DNA of 52,103 nucleotides, filler included, from Bipalium vagum (taxonomy: Eukaryota): NCBI GenBank assembly GCA_037834085.1. It is 2 parts of 2 records of this genome, joined end to end, with 100 filler letters (N's around TTAATTAATTAA, not from the genome) between each part and the next. Parts side by side here need not be neighbours in the genome. Positions count along the whole stretch, not along the records: positions 1 to 23,487 come from JBBMKC010208487.1; 1 more part is not named here. One strand, written 5' to 3'. The notes beneath the pieces are model-generated. The model ran no database searches. It was not told the origin of the DNA and saw only the letters and a program-made list of their open reading frames with translations. The translations under genes and the position numbers were made by a program. Positions 1 to 13,000 of the stretch are shown here, in pieces (position 1 is the stretch's first letter; each line of letters starts with the position of its first letter).

Positions 1-2830
1 TATTTCATAAATATATTTACATAGTCTTCAAATAATCCTTTTCTTGTTTTTTCAAAATGTTCTATTTCATAAATTTTTATTAAATTGTATCATTTTTTTA
101 TAGCCTTGTTTATTTCAATTGTAGATCATGTTCATATTAGGGATCTGTCTTCATCATTATGATTACATTTTTCTTGTTTAAAATTATAACATGTTTTACA
201 ATTTCTTTTTGAATGACTTAAATCATCATATTTATTTACAGTTGAATATAGTGAAATAAAATCTAGATATTTAACTTTAGAGTGTGAGTGTTTCACAAAC
301 AACTTGTTCCAATATAAGTTTATGGGTTCAGATTTTTCTCCAAAAAATGCTTCCTATGGTTTTAATTTAGATAATTTTGGTTCGAGTTTTAAATTTTTAA
401 ATTCAGAATTTTCTAAAAGTTTTTCGTATTCACAATCCAATATTTCTACAAATTGTAAATTTAAATTAAAATTTTTGTAATAGTTTATAATTTTATTTTT
501 TTCTTAGTTATATTAAGTATATAATTCTTCCGTTGTTTTATATCAATTTTTACATATTTCTTTTTTATCATAACATTTTGGACATCCATGAAAATAACAA
601 TCATTAAAATCATAGATATAATGAATTTTAGTTTTTGTATCATAATAATAACCATCAGTTTTATAATGTTTATTATTAACATTAATTATTTTTTCTCCTA
701 CTCTTTTTGCGTGTTGAATAGAAGCATTGGTCACCAAAGGTGACAGGCTTCCTAGAGCAGAGCTCATATTTTGATTACGTTTTTTATTTATAAATTCTAG
801 CCAATGAATACATTTATGAGAAAAAAATCTTCAAAATCATTTAATCTTAGAATTCCAATTTCTTTATCATTTATCATAAACAAAAATATTTGTGTACAAA
901 CTTGAGCTATTGTTTTATATTGAAAAGGATCCTTTTTTTTATCAACAACTTTGTTGTTAAGACCTTCGATTGCTTTTGAAATATTCGGTGCCTTTGGAAA
1001 AGCTACGCTTATATTTAAAAATATATCTCTATAAATTGAACAACCTTTTACTAAAATCATAACATCAGTTAAACAGTAATAAACATTTGAATTGGAAAAT
1101 TAAATATTTCATTATTTTTTATTTTTTCATCATGCCATTGTTTTAATAATTTTTGTTCTTTTGTATTTTCACTCATATAATTATAACCATAATATTCTGA
1201 ATTTGGATAAACACCATTATAATTTTTATTTTCTGTTGTATTGAAATAATGAAGAAAATATCCTTTTGAACCCTTGAAACCAAATGTATTAGGAAAATCT
1301 TTTAATGGGCATAAAGTAAAATTTATAGAATCAATAAATCTATATTAAAATATTTAATTTTCATGAAAGTATAGGTTGCGTGAAAAGCAGCACATATAAA
1401 ACAATGTAAGGTCAAATATTTCTATGCTATCTGCTTTACTACCAGAACTCAATTTTTCAACTGGCAACTTATTTTTAATTAACCAACCTAATATCGGATG
1501 ATTATCATAACCTTTTGCATAAAAATATATTGTTTGAAATCTTCACTAATGAAAAATTTACAAAAGGTATTGATAAGAGTTTGAATTTTCAATTGTAACA
1601 TCTTTTAAAAATTCAATATTATTTTGAATATTTTCAATTGTTAAATTTTCTAATTCTAATTTAATTTTAAAATTTGAATTTGTGTTTGTTTGTATTTTAA
1701 AATATATTTTTCTTTCAGTATCATAAGCTATTGCGTAGTTCATTTCAGGATTTACCTACATTTTTTTGAGTAGATTCAAAATCAAAAAATAAATATTTAT
1801 TACTTTGTTTAAAATTTTCTTCATTATTTTTCATATAACATTTATGTTGATTAAAAAGTGATTCATAAGCTTCATTAAAAATTGAACAATTTTTAAAACC
1901 ACATTTATGATCAGATCTATTATAATATTCTTGTTTACAATCTTCACAAATTTTTGAATTTCTATAAGTTGTAACACTATATACTTTGCATTTATGTTGA
2001 TTTTTAAATCCTAGTAAACATTTGTGACAATATTTTTGTGATTTAAAAAGCTGATATTTTTGCAATTGAAATAAAGGGATGATTTTCTTGATCATAATAT
2101 ATAAAAGTTTGTTTTTTCAAAATTTTCATTGACTCTATATAAAATAGAATTATTATTATTCTGATGACAAACTATAATTCTTAAATTTAAATAATTTTAA
2201 ATCATCAATATTATTCCCATTTTCTTAAATTTCTACTTGTTCCATATTATGTAATTTTATAGCCCATTCTTCTTGAATTTTATCTCCTCTTCTTTTATAT
2301 CTAATTCTATTATCCCGTTCTCCAAAATTTAAATAATTTTTATTTGTGAAATTATCATAAGTTAAAGAAGTTAATATTGACCTAGCCAAACAAAGTGAAT
2401 CATTATTTTGAATTATATTAATAGAATTTATTGCAAAAGTTTGTAATATTAAATTTGTAGAATTATTTCCACTATAATTAATATAATTTTTACCCTTTCT
2501 AAAAGTTACGTCTTCAATATTTATTTCTTCAGCAGATTGTAAAATTTTTTCTAATTTGGAATATAATAAATTAATTACATTATCTTAAGTTGTTAAAGGA
2601 AATGATCCATGTTTTGACTAAATTATAGGATGTAAGGGTGTTAGTTTGACTCTATAATTATCTGAGTCATTTGTAACGGTTTCTAAAATATAATTTAAAC
2701 AGCTACGAATATTTTTTGAAGTTGTATCTGCTGGTGAAATCTTATATTGAAAAACTGAACCAATAAGTTTTTTATAATAATGAGAATTTAAATAATGAAT
2801 CAAATTACCATAACCCTTTTTATGTATCAC
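1..2830 (-). mobile_element. Degraded Polinton/Maverick (adintovirus-like) protein-primed family B DNA polymerase relic, truncated by the window start
   Basis: Minus-strand translation gives pPolB motifs in order, broken by stops and frameshifts: IQNNDSLCLARSILTS (~2370-2415); Cys/His-rich segment and Exo I YLFFDFESTQ (ORF 1745-2095); Exo II AKGYD (~1505-1520); FIDSINF..PLKDFPNTFG..KGYFLHYFNT (~1235-1340); Exo III YC*TDV (~1060-1080); DGYY..YDFNDCYFHGCPKC (ORF 543-767); AFFG (~340); motif A YLDFISLYS (~243-270); EINKAIKK..IYEIEHF..GLFEDYV (~20-120). Confidence 0.85.
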
Positions 2831-2936
2831 ACAAAGGGGATCTTATTTGTAAACACATTTTTGACGAACGAATGAGCGTGTGCGCCGAGAGATGCATATG
2901 CAAATAAAGGAAGGAAAAAAGGGGTCCCCTTTGTGT
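2829..2936. repeat. Short inverted-repeat element (possible MITE) at the boundary of the Polinton-like relic
   Basis: ACACAAAGGGGA (2829-2840) and TCCCCTTTGTGT (2925-2936) are perfect 12-bp inverted repeats around a relatively GC-rich core. No clear TSD. Confidence 0.4.
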
Positions 2937-4158
2937 AGCCTTCCGTTGTCATCTCGTAATCTAAAATATCAACGATAACATTTGGCAACACTTAGACTAT
3001 TGTCATCACAAACTTATTAAAATGATTGGCTAGATTGAATTCATATAACAAACAATGTATTATACGTTTCTTTACAACATCTTCGTTACCCATTTTTAAA
3101 ATATATTAACAAACATATGTCAGTAGAAAAAAGCCGTTCTATTACATTTTTTTAAAAATCATGTTTTTCGAAAATAATATGATGAAATCAATACATTTTG
3201 TCTCATTCCTTTTCTGCATTCCTAATAAAACACTGAATCTGTAGAACAATTAATATTTACAAAATATTGTACATGTTTCTTAGCAAATAATGTTTTTAAA
3301 AAAGTATTAAAATGTTAGTCTGGATATTCAAAGGAATAAACTTAAGATTATCTGTTACATCCTCATCACTAGAGAAATTTTACAGATACAAACATTATTT
3401 AGAACAATTTCCAAAATTTTACATTGATAAAAGTTGATTGAAATTTTGTTTTTCACTAAAAAGATTTCATAAGAAAATATTACATTTTTGAAATTCGCAC
3501 TAAATTATGCCATTATTCTGACCTTTTTGATATTTTTTCCATTATATTTGATTCATCCTTGTATTCATAGTTTTTTGATATTTTTACGGGTTGTGATCGA
3601 TTTTTTTATTGTTGTGAGTGAATATTTTTTGACATTCATTGTATATCCTTGTGCTGAAATAATAAAATTTTATTGATTCAATTATTTTCTAACAAGTTAT
3701 TGACGTAAGTGAATGAGGCAGTAAGAAATTGTTGTCTTCATAGTTGTATGAAAAAACAACGGTAGATTAGAATTAAATCCCAATAGATAAGTTTGTAGTT
3801 TTTTAAAAGTTAAATTTGATTTAAACTGTTTTCGTTATACATTTTTATTGACTTTCTTTTCAGAGGCAATGAAAAACATTTCCAATGAAAGTAACCTGAA
3901 TTAAAAAACATTGTCACTTTTATCATGTTACTAATTTATCAACAAAGAAATTGAAATACAAATGGATGATTAATCAACGTCTCACATACAGAAGTACATA
4001 TTAAGCTTCTTCAATATTGTATAATCAACGTCAGAGAATTTTAAACTTGATTTCAAAGAATACAGTGAGAGACGAGTATCACTAAAGAAAGATAAAAATA
4101 CAGATAACTAAAACTACGAGTTTAAAATCAGAATTGCTCAAAGAGAAAAAAATTCAAT

Positions 4159-5208
4159 TTATTCTAGGTCATCGAAAAGCTGTTGCCAAAGTTTTGTATC
4201 TCTGACATTTTCCGAAATTATGAAATTCTTTTTGGTTGGCGGTGGCGACGACAACGGCGGAGAATTCGCTGTCATCACCTTGGCCTCCTTTTTGATTTTA
4301 AGGTCCGAAAAGTTGAAACCGTCAACAAATTTCCGCTTCAAAGATTCGGGTTTAATTTGATCCTGGTCTAATCCGACTGCACTGCAATTGTCCAGCTCAC
4401 ATTCTCTCAAAATAATCGACACGTTTTTCTGTGTGCAGAAATGCATGTTCAACTCCTTCTTCAGTTTACTCAAAAGATCGTTAGACTTTTCGTTGTACTC
4501 CTTGGCTTTGTCATTTGTTTTTCTGGCCGAGTCAATCTATACGGAAAATTTTTTTATCTATTCCTTCACATTATAATGATGATAGATAAAAATCTTTCAA
4601 ATCAATATCAGAAACGTAGTCAAATATCTTTCAAGAAATAACAAAAGAAGCAGACAAATACTTACCTGACTCTTAAGAATTTCTCTCAGAGTATCCCGAG
4701 CCTGATGGGGTCGATATTCATTTAACAAATGATGCATATTTATAAATATCGTAGCTATATGATCGATTTTTTCTGATCTTTTCGGAGAACCGGGTTCCTG
4801 GCTGATAATTTGCAGAAGTTCCAGAAAATTTGCAACAACAGATATATTTAATTTTTTCAGTTCTTTTTTATGATCGTAAACCTGCTTATATTTAATCATA
4901 AAACACAATAGAAGATTTTGTGCAATAATTACTTGTGGATATAATCTGTGTTGTCCTTGAGACTCTAATGACCGCAGTACATGGTCGTCTTTAAAATAAG
5001 GATCACCAAAGCTCACAAACACAGAAGATTGTGACAACGGAAGAGGGGGCCTTGGAACTGTGCCACTAGCAACAGCTGCATTCGTGTATTTGGATACATA
5101 AGCCATAGGTGGAAGAGGGAAAGGTGTCCTTTGAGCCGGATTTTGACCGTCATGAACATTAAAACTATTCGGAAACTGTTGATTCAAATTTAATTTATTA
5201 ACATTCAT
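4159..5208 (-). CDS. MED7: Mediator of RNA polymerase II transcription subunit 7 (2 exons: 5208-4666, 4536-4159; about 306 aa)
   Basis: Med7 signatures PFPLPP..Y...YT, PRPP, FG.P..D..LRSLE.QG..RLYP, DHKKELKKLN.S..ANFLELL, IFINMHHLLNEYRPHQARDTL. Donor CAG|GTAAG at 4666/4665 and acceptor TTTCCGTATAG| at 4537/4536 give a phase-0, 129-nt intron joining in frame to ORF 4159-4473. Confidence 0.93.
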
Positions 5209-5624
5209 TTATATTACAAATACTAAATATTTTTAAAAAATAAGCAAATAATTTAAAATTTCCGCACTATGATTATTTAAACAAAGTCTTATCTGATTTT
5301 TAGTTTATTTAGGTGTTTAAAATATTGAAAGAAATGAAAAAAATTAATTAACATAAAAGATTGATTTTTAAAAAAATTCTTTTTTTTTATAAATTTAAAA
5401 TTCATTTAAAATAAATTAAATGTTGATAAAATTGTAATGTAATGTAAATAAAATAAAATTTTAATTTTAAAACTAATTTTTTTTCTAAAAGGTAAGTGTT
5501 TTAAGTGTTTTAATAATGTATGTAATATTCGTGTGTCATGTTTGTGTGTTTTATTGTTATTTAGATTTATATACATATCATTTTATTTTGGCTTATACTT
5601 ATAATTATTTTTAAGGATTTAAAA
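5209..5624. promoter_or_regulatory. Short divergent (bidirectional) promoter region between MED7 and the Radil-like gene; possible 5'UTR intron 5492-5615 on +
   Basis: The two start codons (5208 -, 5625 +) are 416 bp apart, head to head. AAG|GTAAGT near 5491 and TTTTAAG| at 5615 just upstream of the ATG resemble a 5'UTR intron. Confidence 0.55.
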
Positions 5625-7073
5625 ATGGGTGATTCAAAAAAAATGTTCAAATTTCCATTTAAAAAAAAAGAAAAGAAAAATGCAAATGATTTTAAATCGC
5701 CAAAGTTTAAATCTCCGTCACATTATTGGAATGCTTCTCAGAATGATTTTCTGCACAGCAAAGGTAGCGCTAATGTAGAGTTGTCTATAGATCCTTTCAA
5801 TCGATCTTTAATAAGAATCTTTTGTCAATCTATAGACCAAATGGTAAATTATAAATCTATCGAATATTGTCCCAGGACTACAGTACAACAGGTTATTGAA
5901 AAAATTATCAAGATAATTCGCTTAAATATGTCCATTGACCAGTTTGTCTTAGTGGAAACTGTAGGTCGATGTTTGTTAATTGACAAAGACGGAAGTACAA
6001 CAAAATTTGTTGCCAAATGTGGCCAACCATACATTTATATCGAACAAAATCGACGACGATTAATGAATACAGATTACATATTAACAGTACTTAATTATTG
6101 GAAACCAATGTTTGGATTTTCTCGTCGATTTGAATTGTGTCTCGCAGAAAAAGCGCACCAGATGACATCTTGCGTAGGAGATACGGAAGATGCCTATTGT
6201 TTTCTTCCTGAATATTTTACCAAACATGACTCCCTATCAACATTGTCACAAAAAAGTGACACAGAATACAAAAACAAATTCACCCAAACGGAAAAACAAG
6301 CAAATCCCCCAGTTGTACCCAGGCGACGGATATCTGTAAAAACTCCCAAACTATCCCACTTATTAACTCTGAAGGGGGATGATTTTCCTGACCAGGAATT
6401 GATGTTGTACATATCACCTAGTTTGGAGTTTGGTTCACCAGGCTCGGACTGTAATGTCCTTTTAAAGCAGCTAAATGAGTTTCCCAATCAAAAAATTTGT
6501 ATCATAAGAAAAGATCAAGATAATTCTAAGCAAACCAACGCAGTGTATCTAGAGAACCTATGTTCAATTCCAGACTTGAGTATAACGGTCAATGGTGTTG
6601 AAGTCGGAGACAAATCGATATTACAGCCCGGAGATATCATAAGTATTGGAGATTATTATTCATATTTTTTCAAAGATATATCTCTTGAATCGGAAAAACA
6701 GATGTCGATTAAACATTTTTTGAATTCTACTAAAAATCACGTGGTGAACAATTTCTCAGATATTTCTGACCACGCTGTGACATCAAGTAGCATCAGCAGC
6801 TGCAGCGATATCAATAATTCTGCATTGTCCAACTCAAGAATGATAAAATCACGGAAAAAAGTTTCAATTGATCTTCATGGAATCAGTTTGGCCTGTTTTG
6901 ATACGGCACTGAATCAAATTATAATTCATTATTTTGACGGACGAATGAATTTAATGAATGCTGTTGTTTTTGTGCTATATCTTATAAGATTTTGCAGGGA
7001 ATCTACTCGTTGTTCTTTTTCTCTTGATGAAATGCAAGATCGGATTAGAAAACGATTCAGCAAATCTTTGGAG
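5625..7073 (+). CDS. RADIL: Radil-like exon 1 (RA and FHA domains)
   Basis: ORF 5625-7163 cut at donor GAG|GTGAAT, phase 0. Confidence 0.85.
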
Positions 7074-10000
7074 GTGAATATTTATACCTTTGTTTTTATT
7101 CTGTTCCAAAAATTTTTTTGTATGATATTAATCTCTAACAATTGTCCATTCAAATATCGTTAAATTCTCACATATTAAATTACTTTTTATATATTTGTTA
7201 TTGTAGTATTAAATAAGTTTTGATAAGGTCTGCTGTTTTCTGAAAGTAATGATTAAAGATTTTCAAACATAACACCTTAAAACTAAACCATTAAGGCATA
7301 ACAGTAATAATGAAAAATGAATAATTCTAAGTTATTGAATTAATTAGACGTTTTAAAATTATGTTTAACATTGAATTGACACAATAAACATTATTTATCG
7401 GTTTATTTGTGAATATTCAAAAAATTTTCTTTCAGATAGCTTATGACAATGACTATTATCTACTGGGTAATCTGAAACTAACAGCACTGACCTTTCAGAT
7501 GTGGCTTGTGTATAACAATGAAAACTACGTCGAGGCCACCGAAGAAAATCGCAATTGGCTCGATTTCCTTGAGATGTTTACAGCAGAGAGTTTTGATCAT
7601 CTAAGCAGTTACATCTGTGAGGTAAAGTACATTTTTAACTATAATTATTATGTTAATATTAATTCTTTTGTTCAATTAATGACTAACAATAATTTCTTTC
7701 GATTTCCTTGATCAGTCCTTGTACATTTGTTCTGATTTTACTTTGACAATCTTAGATTATTGTTGGAAATTGAAGTAAATTTTGACATTTGTCATTTAAA
7801 ATTCTATCAGAATAATATTTGAATATCCTGTTTATTAATAGTCAAATATTTTTATTAGTATTGGTACTTAAATTATAATTAAAAGATTATATGAATTATT
7901 CATAATCTATCGGTTGATGAATTAATAATTTCCTATATTTATTTTTTGGTTTTAAATTATGATTTTCTGTAATTCTTAATCAAAAATTTTTAAATTATCA
8001 TTAATTTTGATCTTTAACAACTTGGCTACTATGTTATGAATACAAACAAAAATCAGGTAAACCTGAAAATGAACGAAATAAATTAAAATTTTTGCAGACT
8101 GGTCTATGAAACATTTTGATTGCAATTGGTTGCAGATTTTCTAATTTTCATTTTCCATATTTTCTTTCTCTAGTGTTTAGTTGTAATCGTTTGTCATTCT
8201 TTGATCAATAAAAATAAATTATACTTTTTTGATTCCAAGAAATAAAAATAAATTTTCCGTTGAATACTCTTTTTTAGAGATGTTATCGTTGATTTTTCTT
8301 TATCGAAATGATGTTTTAGGATTTCATGATTATCAAAAATTCAGTTTTTAAATGAAATGGTATTCATTTTCTCTAAATTTCTTCAATTCTTGCTTTCAAT
8401 ATATATATTTTCTTTACCTAGAAAAAAACGATGAAAGTCCAGCGCATTTTACAGTTCATTTTTTGTCCACATGTCTATGATAACAATTAATTGGATATGC
8501 ATCTTTTGAAGGAATTTTTTCTATGGAAGCTCTTTGATTGAAACCTTATTATGATGTAAATTGTAACTTATTCTATTCGACTTTAATTTGAATTTTTATT
8601 TCCAATTATAATAAAACATGCTAGAACTCCCTAAAATTAATAGATAGGCTATGAATTAGGACAGCAATAGTCTTTGTATTATTTTTTTTATAACAAATTT
8701 GATTGTTTTTTTAGCTCTTATCAGCTTTATAATTTTAGAATTTGACTTATATGAGACAAAATAAATTCTATATTTCGAATCATTAACATAAAAAGCATTG
8801 ATTATATTATTCAAGTAGATTATTGATTACTTTTTACAATGAGGGTAAACAACATTTTTGTTGTGAACCATTTTATATTAGACCAACAATAACTGAATAT
8901 GTATAAAGTATAAATTTGTTTTTATCATATTGTACCTTAAGCAAAACAATCAAAGTATCGTTTATGAGATCATGATGAATTAGGTGCACAGATAATTAAA
9001 TAGAAGGGTTAAAAATTGACATTTGTAATTAAAATTCTGAAAATAATCAATACAATCACTAAATTTAAAGTATAATCTACATGTTAAATATATTATATAT
9101 AGCTTAATTCACTCTGACTTATATCTCATGAACGATTGCCTTTATTCCAAGAGAGTTATTTTTCTTTTACATATTGTAAAAATATTATTTTTTGTACTTA
9201 CTATTTTATGAGGCCATAACATTTTTGCATATTAGTAAAATGAACTAGGTATTATTTTAGATTGAAATAATATTTATGAAATATCTCGCTGTTGTAATTG
9301 TCAGTTTTCGATTTTGAAAAGAATAGTAAAGAGTATCTTTCATCTGTTAAGTCAATATTTATAAAAATGGTTGTAAAAATATTGACATTGGTTTGTAAGG
9401 ATCAAACGTATTGTTATATTTTTCAATGCAAGTCTTATTAAAGAAATTCATAATTAATTAATTATTACCTGAAAATCTTAGGAAGATACGATTTTAATCA
9501 GACTGATTTTAATCTATTATATTTATGTTATTCATGTTGAAAAATCGAAATATTTAAACTAAATATTTAAACTAAATTTAAACTTCACTAATTTATTTAA
9601 GGCTTCACGAAATCTTTGTGCTAGTTTTTTTGAAGAAAATCCATTTCTGACAATCCAAGAACAACAGAAATTCAAAGAGGATAGCGACATCAATACAATG
9701 GAGAAGTTCTTATCTTTTCTTAATGATACATTCCAAAACATATCAAAAATTGGCTGTGAAAAAATGAGTGACGTTTTTAAAAATGTTTTTACATCCAGGA
9801 TAGTGACCTATGTCACAGAATCAACTGTGATACAACTTCTTTCAGGTAAATTCTATCGATTTCGAATATTGTATTCAACAGATTCTTTGCCTAATTTATT
9901 TTTTTAGCTAATATATATCATCCATAATTTATCTTTTCCATCTGCTTCATTGATTATTTAATCCCTTTATTTATACTTTGATAAACGAAAATAAATTTTA

Positions 10001-13000
10001 TAAAAAATCCATTGAATAAAAAATTGAGGAAATTTTAGTCAATAAAACAACTATCAAAAACTCAATGTCTCCTGTTTCCATTTACTCTGATGCACAAGTA
10101 CCTCTTTACGACATTTTAACAAAAAATCTAATTAGAGTGACATGGCTCGATGAATGATTTAATTAGTTTCGGATTATAAGATGAATTTCGATTTGTTGTG
10201 CACGTGTGAAGCCTAATTTTCTATGAGGTTTAAGAAAACTCTTAAAATTTATCTTAATTATCAAAAAAGTTGGACATATTTAATACATCAAAGGATTAAC
10301 AGATTTTTCTTGAGTTTTTAATGAAATGTGAAAGATGTTTTTTGTAAAGAGATTTTCTTTTTGTAGACATGAAAAATTTCAGTTGGAACAAAGCAATTCA
10401 AATTTCTACTCAAATGGAAAGGTTTGAGACTTGGTTGAACGATGAAGGTGTTATTTTTGTCTTTGAAAATGACGGCTTTCTACGAGACTTTTCTCGCTTG
10501 ATTTCTACTCGAGCAGTCATTTTGGAAAAGGTAAAAAATATCGATTTTATGTAAATTGAAAAATCAGATTATTTTGAATTATTGGTTATTGGTTAAGTTC
10601 CTGAAATAGAATAAGAAATAATTTTCAATATGAGAAGTCTTTCAATCAATCGAAAATTCTTCACAATGTGCTTGAATAAAGATAATAATATGCATGAAAT
10701 CATAATAATTATATTAAATTTTAAAATAATGACAAAATCATTTTCCTAATATTTTTTCACTGTGTTTTGTAACACCTTACTATTCGTTGATAACATTATC
10801 AAATTTTGCCGTGTGTGCGTGCTTATATTCATTAGTAGAGTACGTATTTTTCATCTAATCAAATAAAATTCTGAAATCTATAAAATAAGTTATTTGATGA
10901 AATTCTTCATGTAATGATTATAAAAAAACCTTAATATATCAAACAGATTTAGTGAGATTATTGATTATGTAATTGGTTTTATACATGAAAATAACTAATT
11001 GAAATTAATGATTAGCTTTTAAAATATTTATATTCATATTGAAAATATAATTTTTAATAAAAACTAAAATATATTATTGTGAAATATATTTTTATTGTTC
11101 TATTTTAAGGTCATCAAACTTACATATCAATAAAATGACAACATAAATAAAGAATGAAGTAAATTAGGAAGCGAAAACTTTTAAAAATCAATTAATTTAA
11201 TAATCATAAAGAAATAATTATAAGAAAGTAACAACGTAAAGAATTTATAAACAAGAACAAGTCTCATTTTGATTTTTCTTCTCAACTCTTATTTAATTTA
11301 AAATAAAGATATATTAACATGAAACGATTTTTTATTTAATATAATTAGAGATTAAATTCGATTTCAAGAAGAAATTTATAAATTAAAAGGATTTTTGCGA
11401 AGTTCAAACCACGATTATGAACATAATAGAGATTAGAAATATTAATTGGAAAATATTTTTTTAAAAAATTGCCTTACAAACAAATTATCTGTGAATTTTT
11501 ATCAATTAAAATTTTTAATATCAACACTTTAAATTAAATAAAATTTGAATTTTAATATATTTAATAAAAAATTAAGTAAATAATCAATGAAGTGTCATTA
11601 TCAATTCGCTATAAATACCTTTTGTTTGTAATACTTCGACAGAACTTTGATTGTGATTTTATCAGATAAAAAATGAAGTACGTTTACAAAAAATATATCT
11701 CTAAATATTTTATATTTTCTTTATGAGATAATTATAACAATCAATAATAGTAATAAGAGTAAGAATTAAGAGAAATATACATTAACTTCGTTCGATTTAC
11801 ATATTTGATATTGAAAATAATGTGATAGGGATAAAAGTTAAGTTTTCGGAAAAGGAAACAGTCTTTGACACTTCAAAACTCAATACTTACTTTTTAAAAT
11901 TGATTTCGAAACCTATAGGCATTTAAAATTTAGCTCCATTTGAAATCAATGTCATTTTTATAAGTATTTTCTCATTAAAAATTGATGAAATTCTCAAGAT
12001 GAATAAAGAAAACTGAACGATTTATTTGAACAAACGTAGGTAATATGTATCCAGTCAAGTAGTGATTTGAATGTCTATTAAATTAATAGAAAGGTAGAGA
12101 ATCATAAAAATTCAAATAACATAGTTTTAAGCTTTTTCCTGAAATTATTTAAATGATTTTTCAAGATTATTTTATGAAATTATATTCACTATTTGCCTTC
12201 ATTTCTTGAATATATTTTGTATAAATCTAAAATGAAACTTCAAGCCAACAATTAAGTAATACAAAACTTAAATTAAATTAAATTTCAAAAATTATTAAGG
12301 TTTTTTTTAAAAAATTTTTTTTGATTAATTTAACGTAAAATTAAAAAAAATAGTTACAAATAAAAAATTAATTATTTGATATCCAGTAAAACATAGTCAA
12401 TATCAAAACCAATGTTCGGATTTTTTTTCTAATTTTGCAACACATTCATCCTTGTTTATTTCCAATTTTTCGTAATCGTTTTCTTTTATTCATCAATTTC
12501 TGGATTATTACCAAAACATGAGAATAAATCATATTCAGTACCTAGTCCATTAGTCTGTTTATTTTTAATATGATTTTTAAACAATTATGGAAGGGTTGGA
12601 TTTATGCTATCAAATGCTTTCGAAATCCAAACCGCAGTTTGATATATATCAATTTTTTTGTCTATTCTTCCTGTGTAAAACTATTACTTTAGAAATTTTG
12701 TATGTTCTGCTTAATGAAGACTTCTAAAAAGCCCAGTTTCGTCACAATTATGTTGATCTCTAGTTTTAAATTAACAAATTATAAAAACTGAATCTCTAGG
12801 TTTTAAATAATTGGTTATATACCCAAGTAGTATGTATTATTAAAAAAATATTGTACACATTGACCAGGTTTTATAAATAAATAAAGTATTAAATTTTTAA
12901 TTATTTTAAACTAATTAATATCCATTGTTCAAAATGATAAATGTTTATATTGAAAAATACTTTTCCCTGTAATTCACAGTTTTCAAAAATTGTTAACTTT

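Noticed and set aside
4183-4641. Three short + strand ORFs
   Set aside because: Antisense shadows of MED7 with no motifs.
5849-6487. Short - strand ORFs
   Set aside because: Antisense shadows of Radil-like exon 1.
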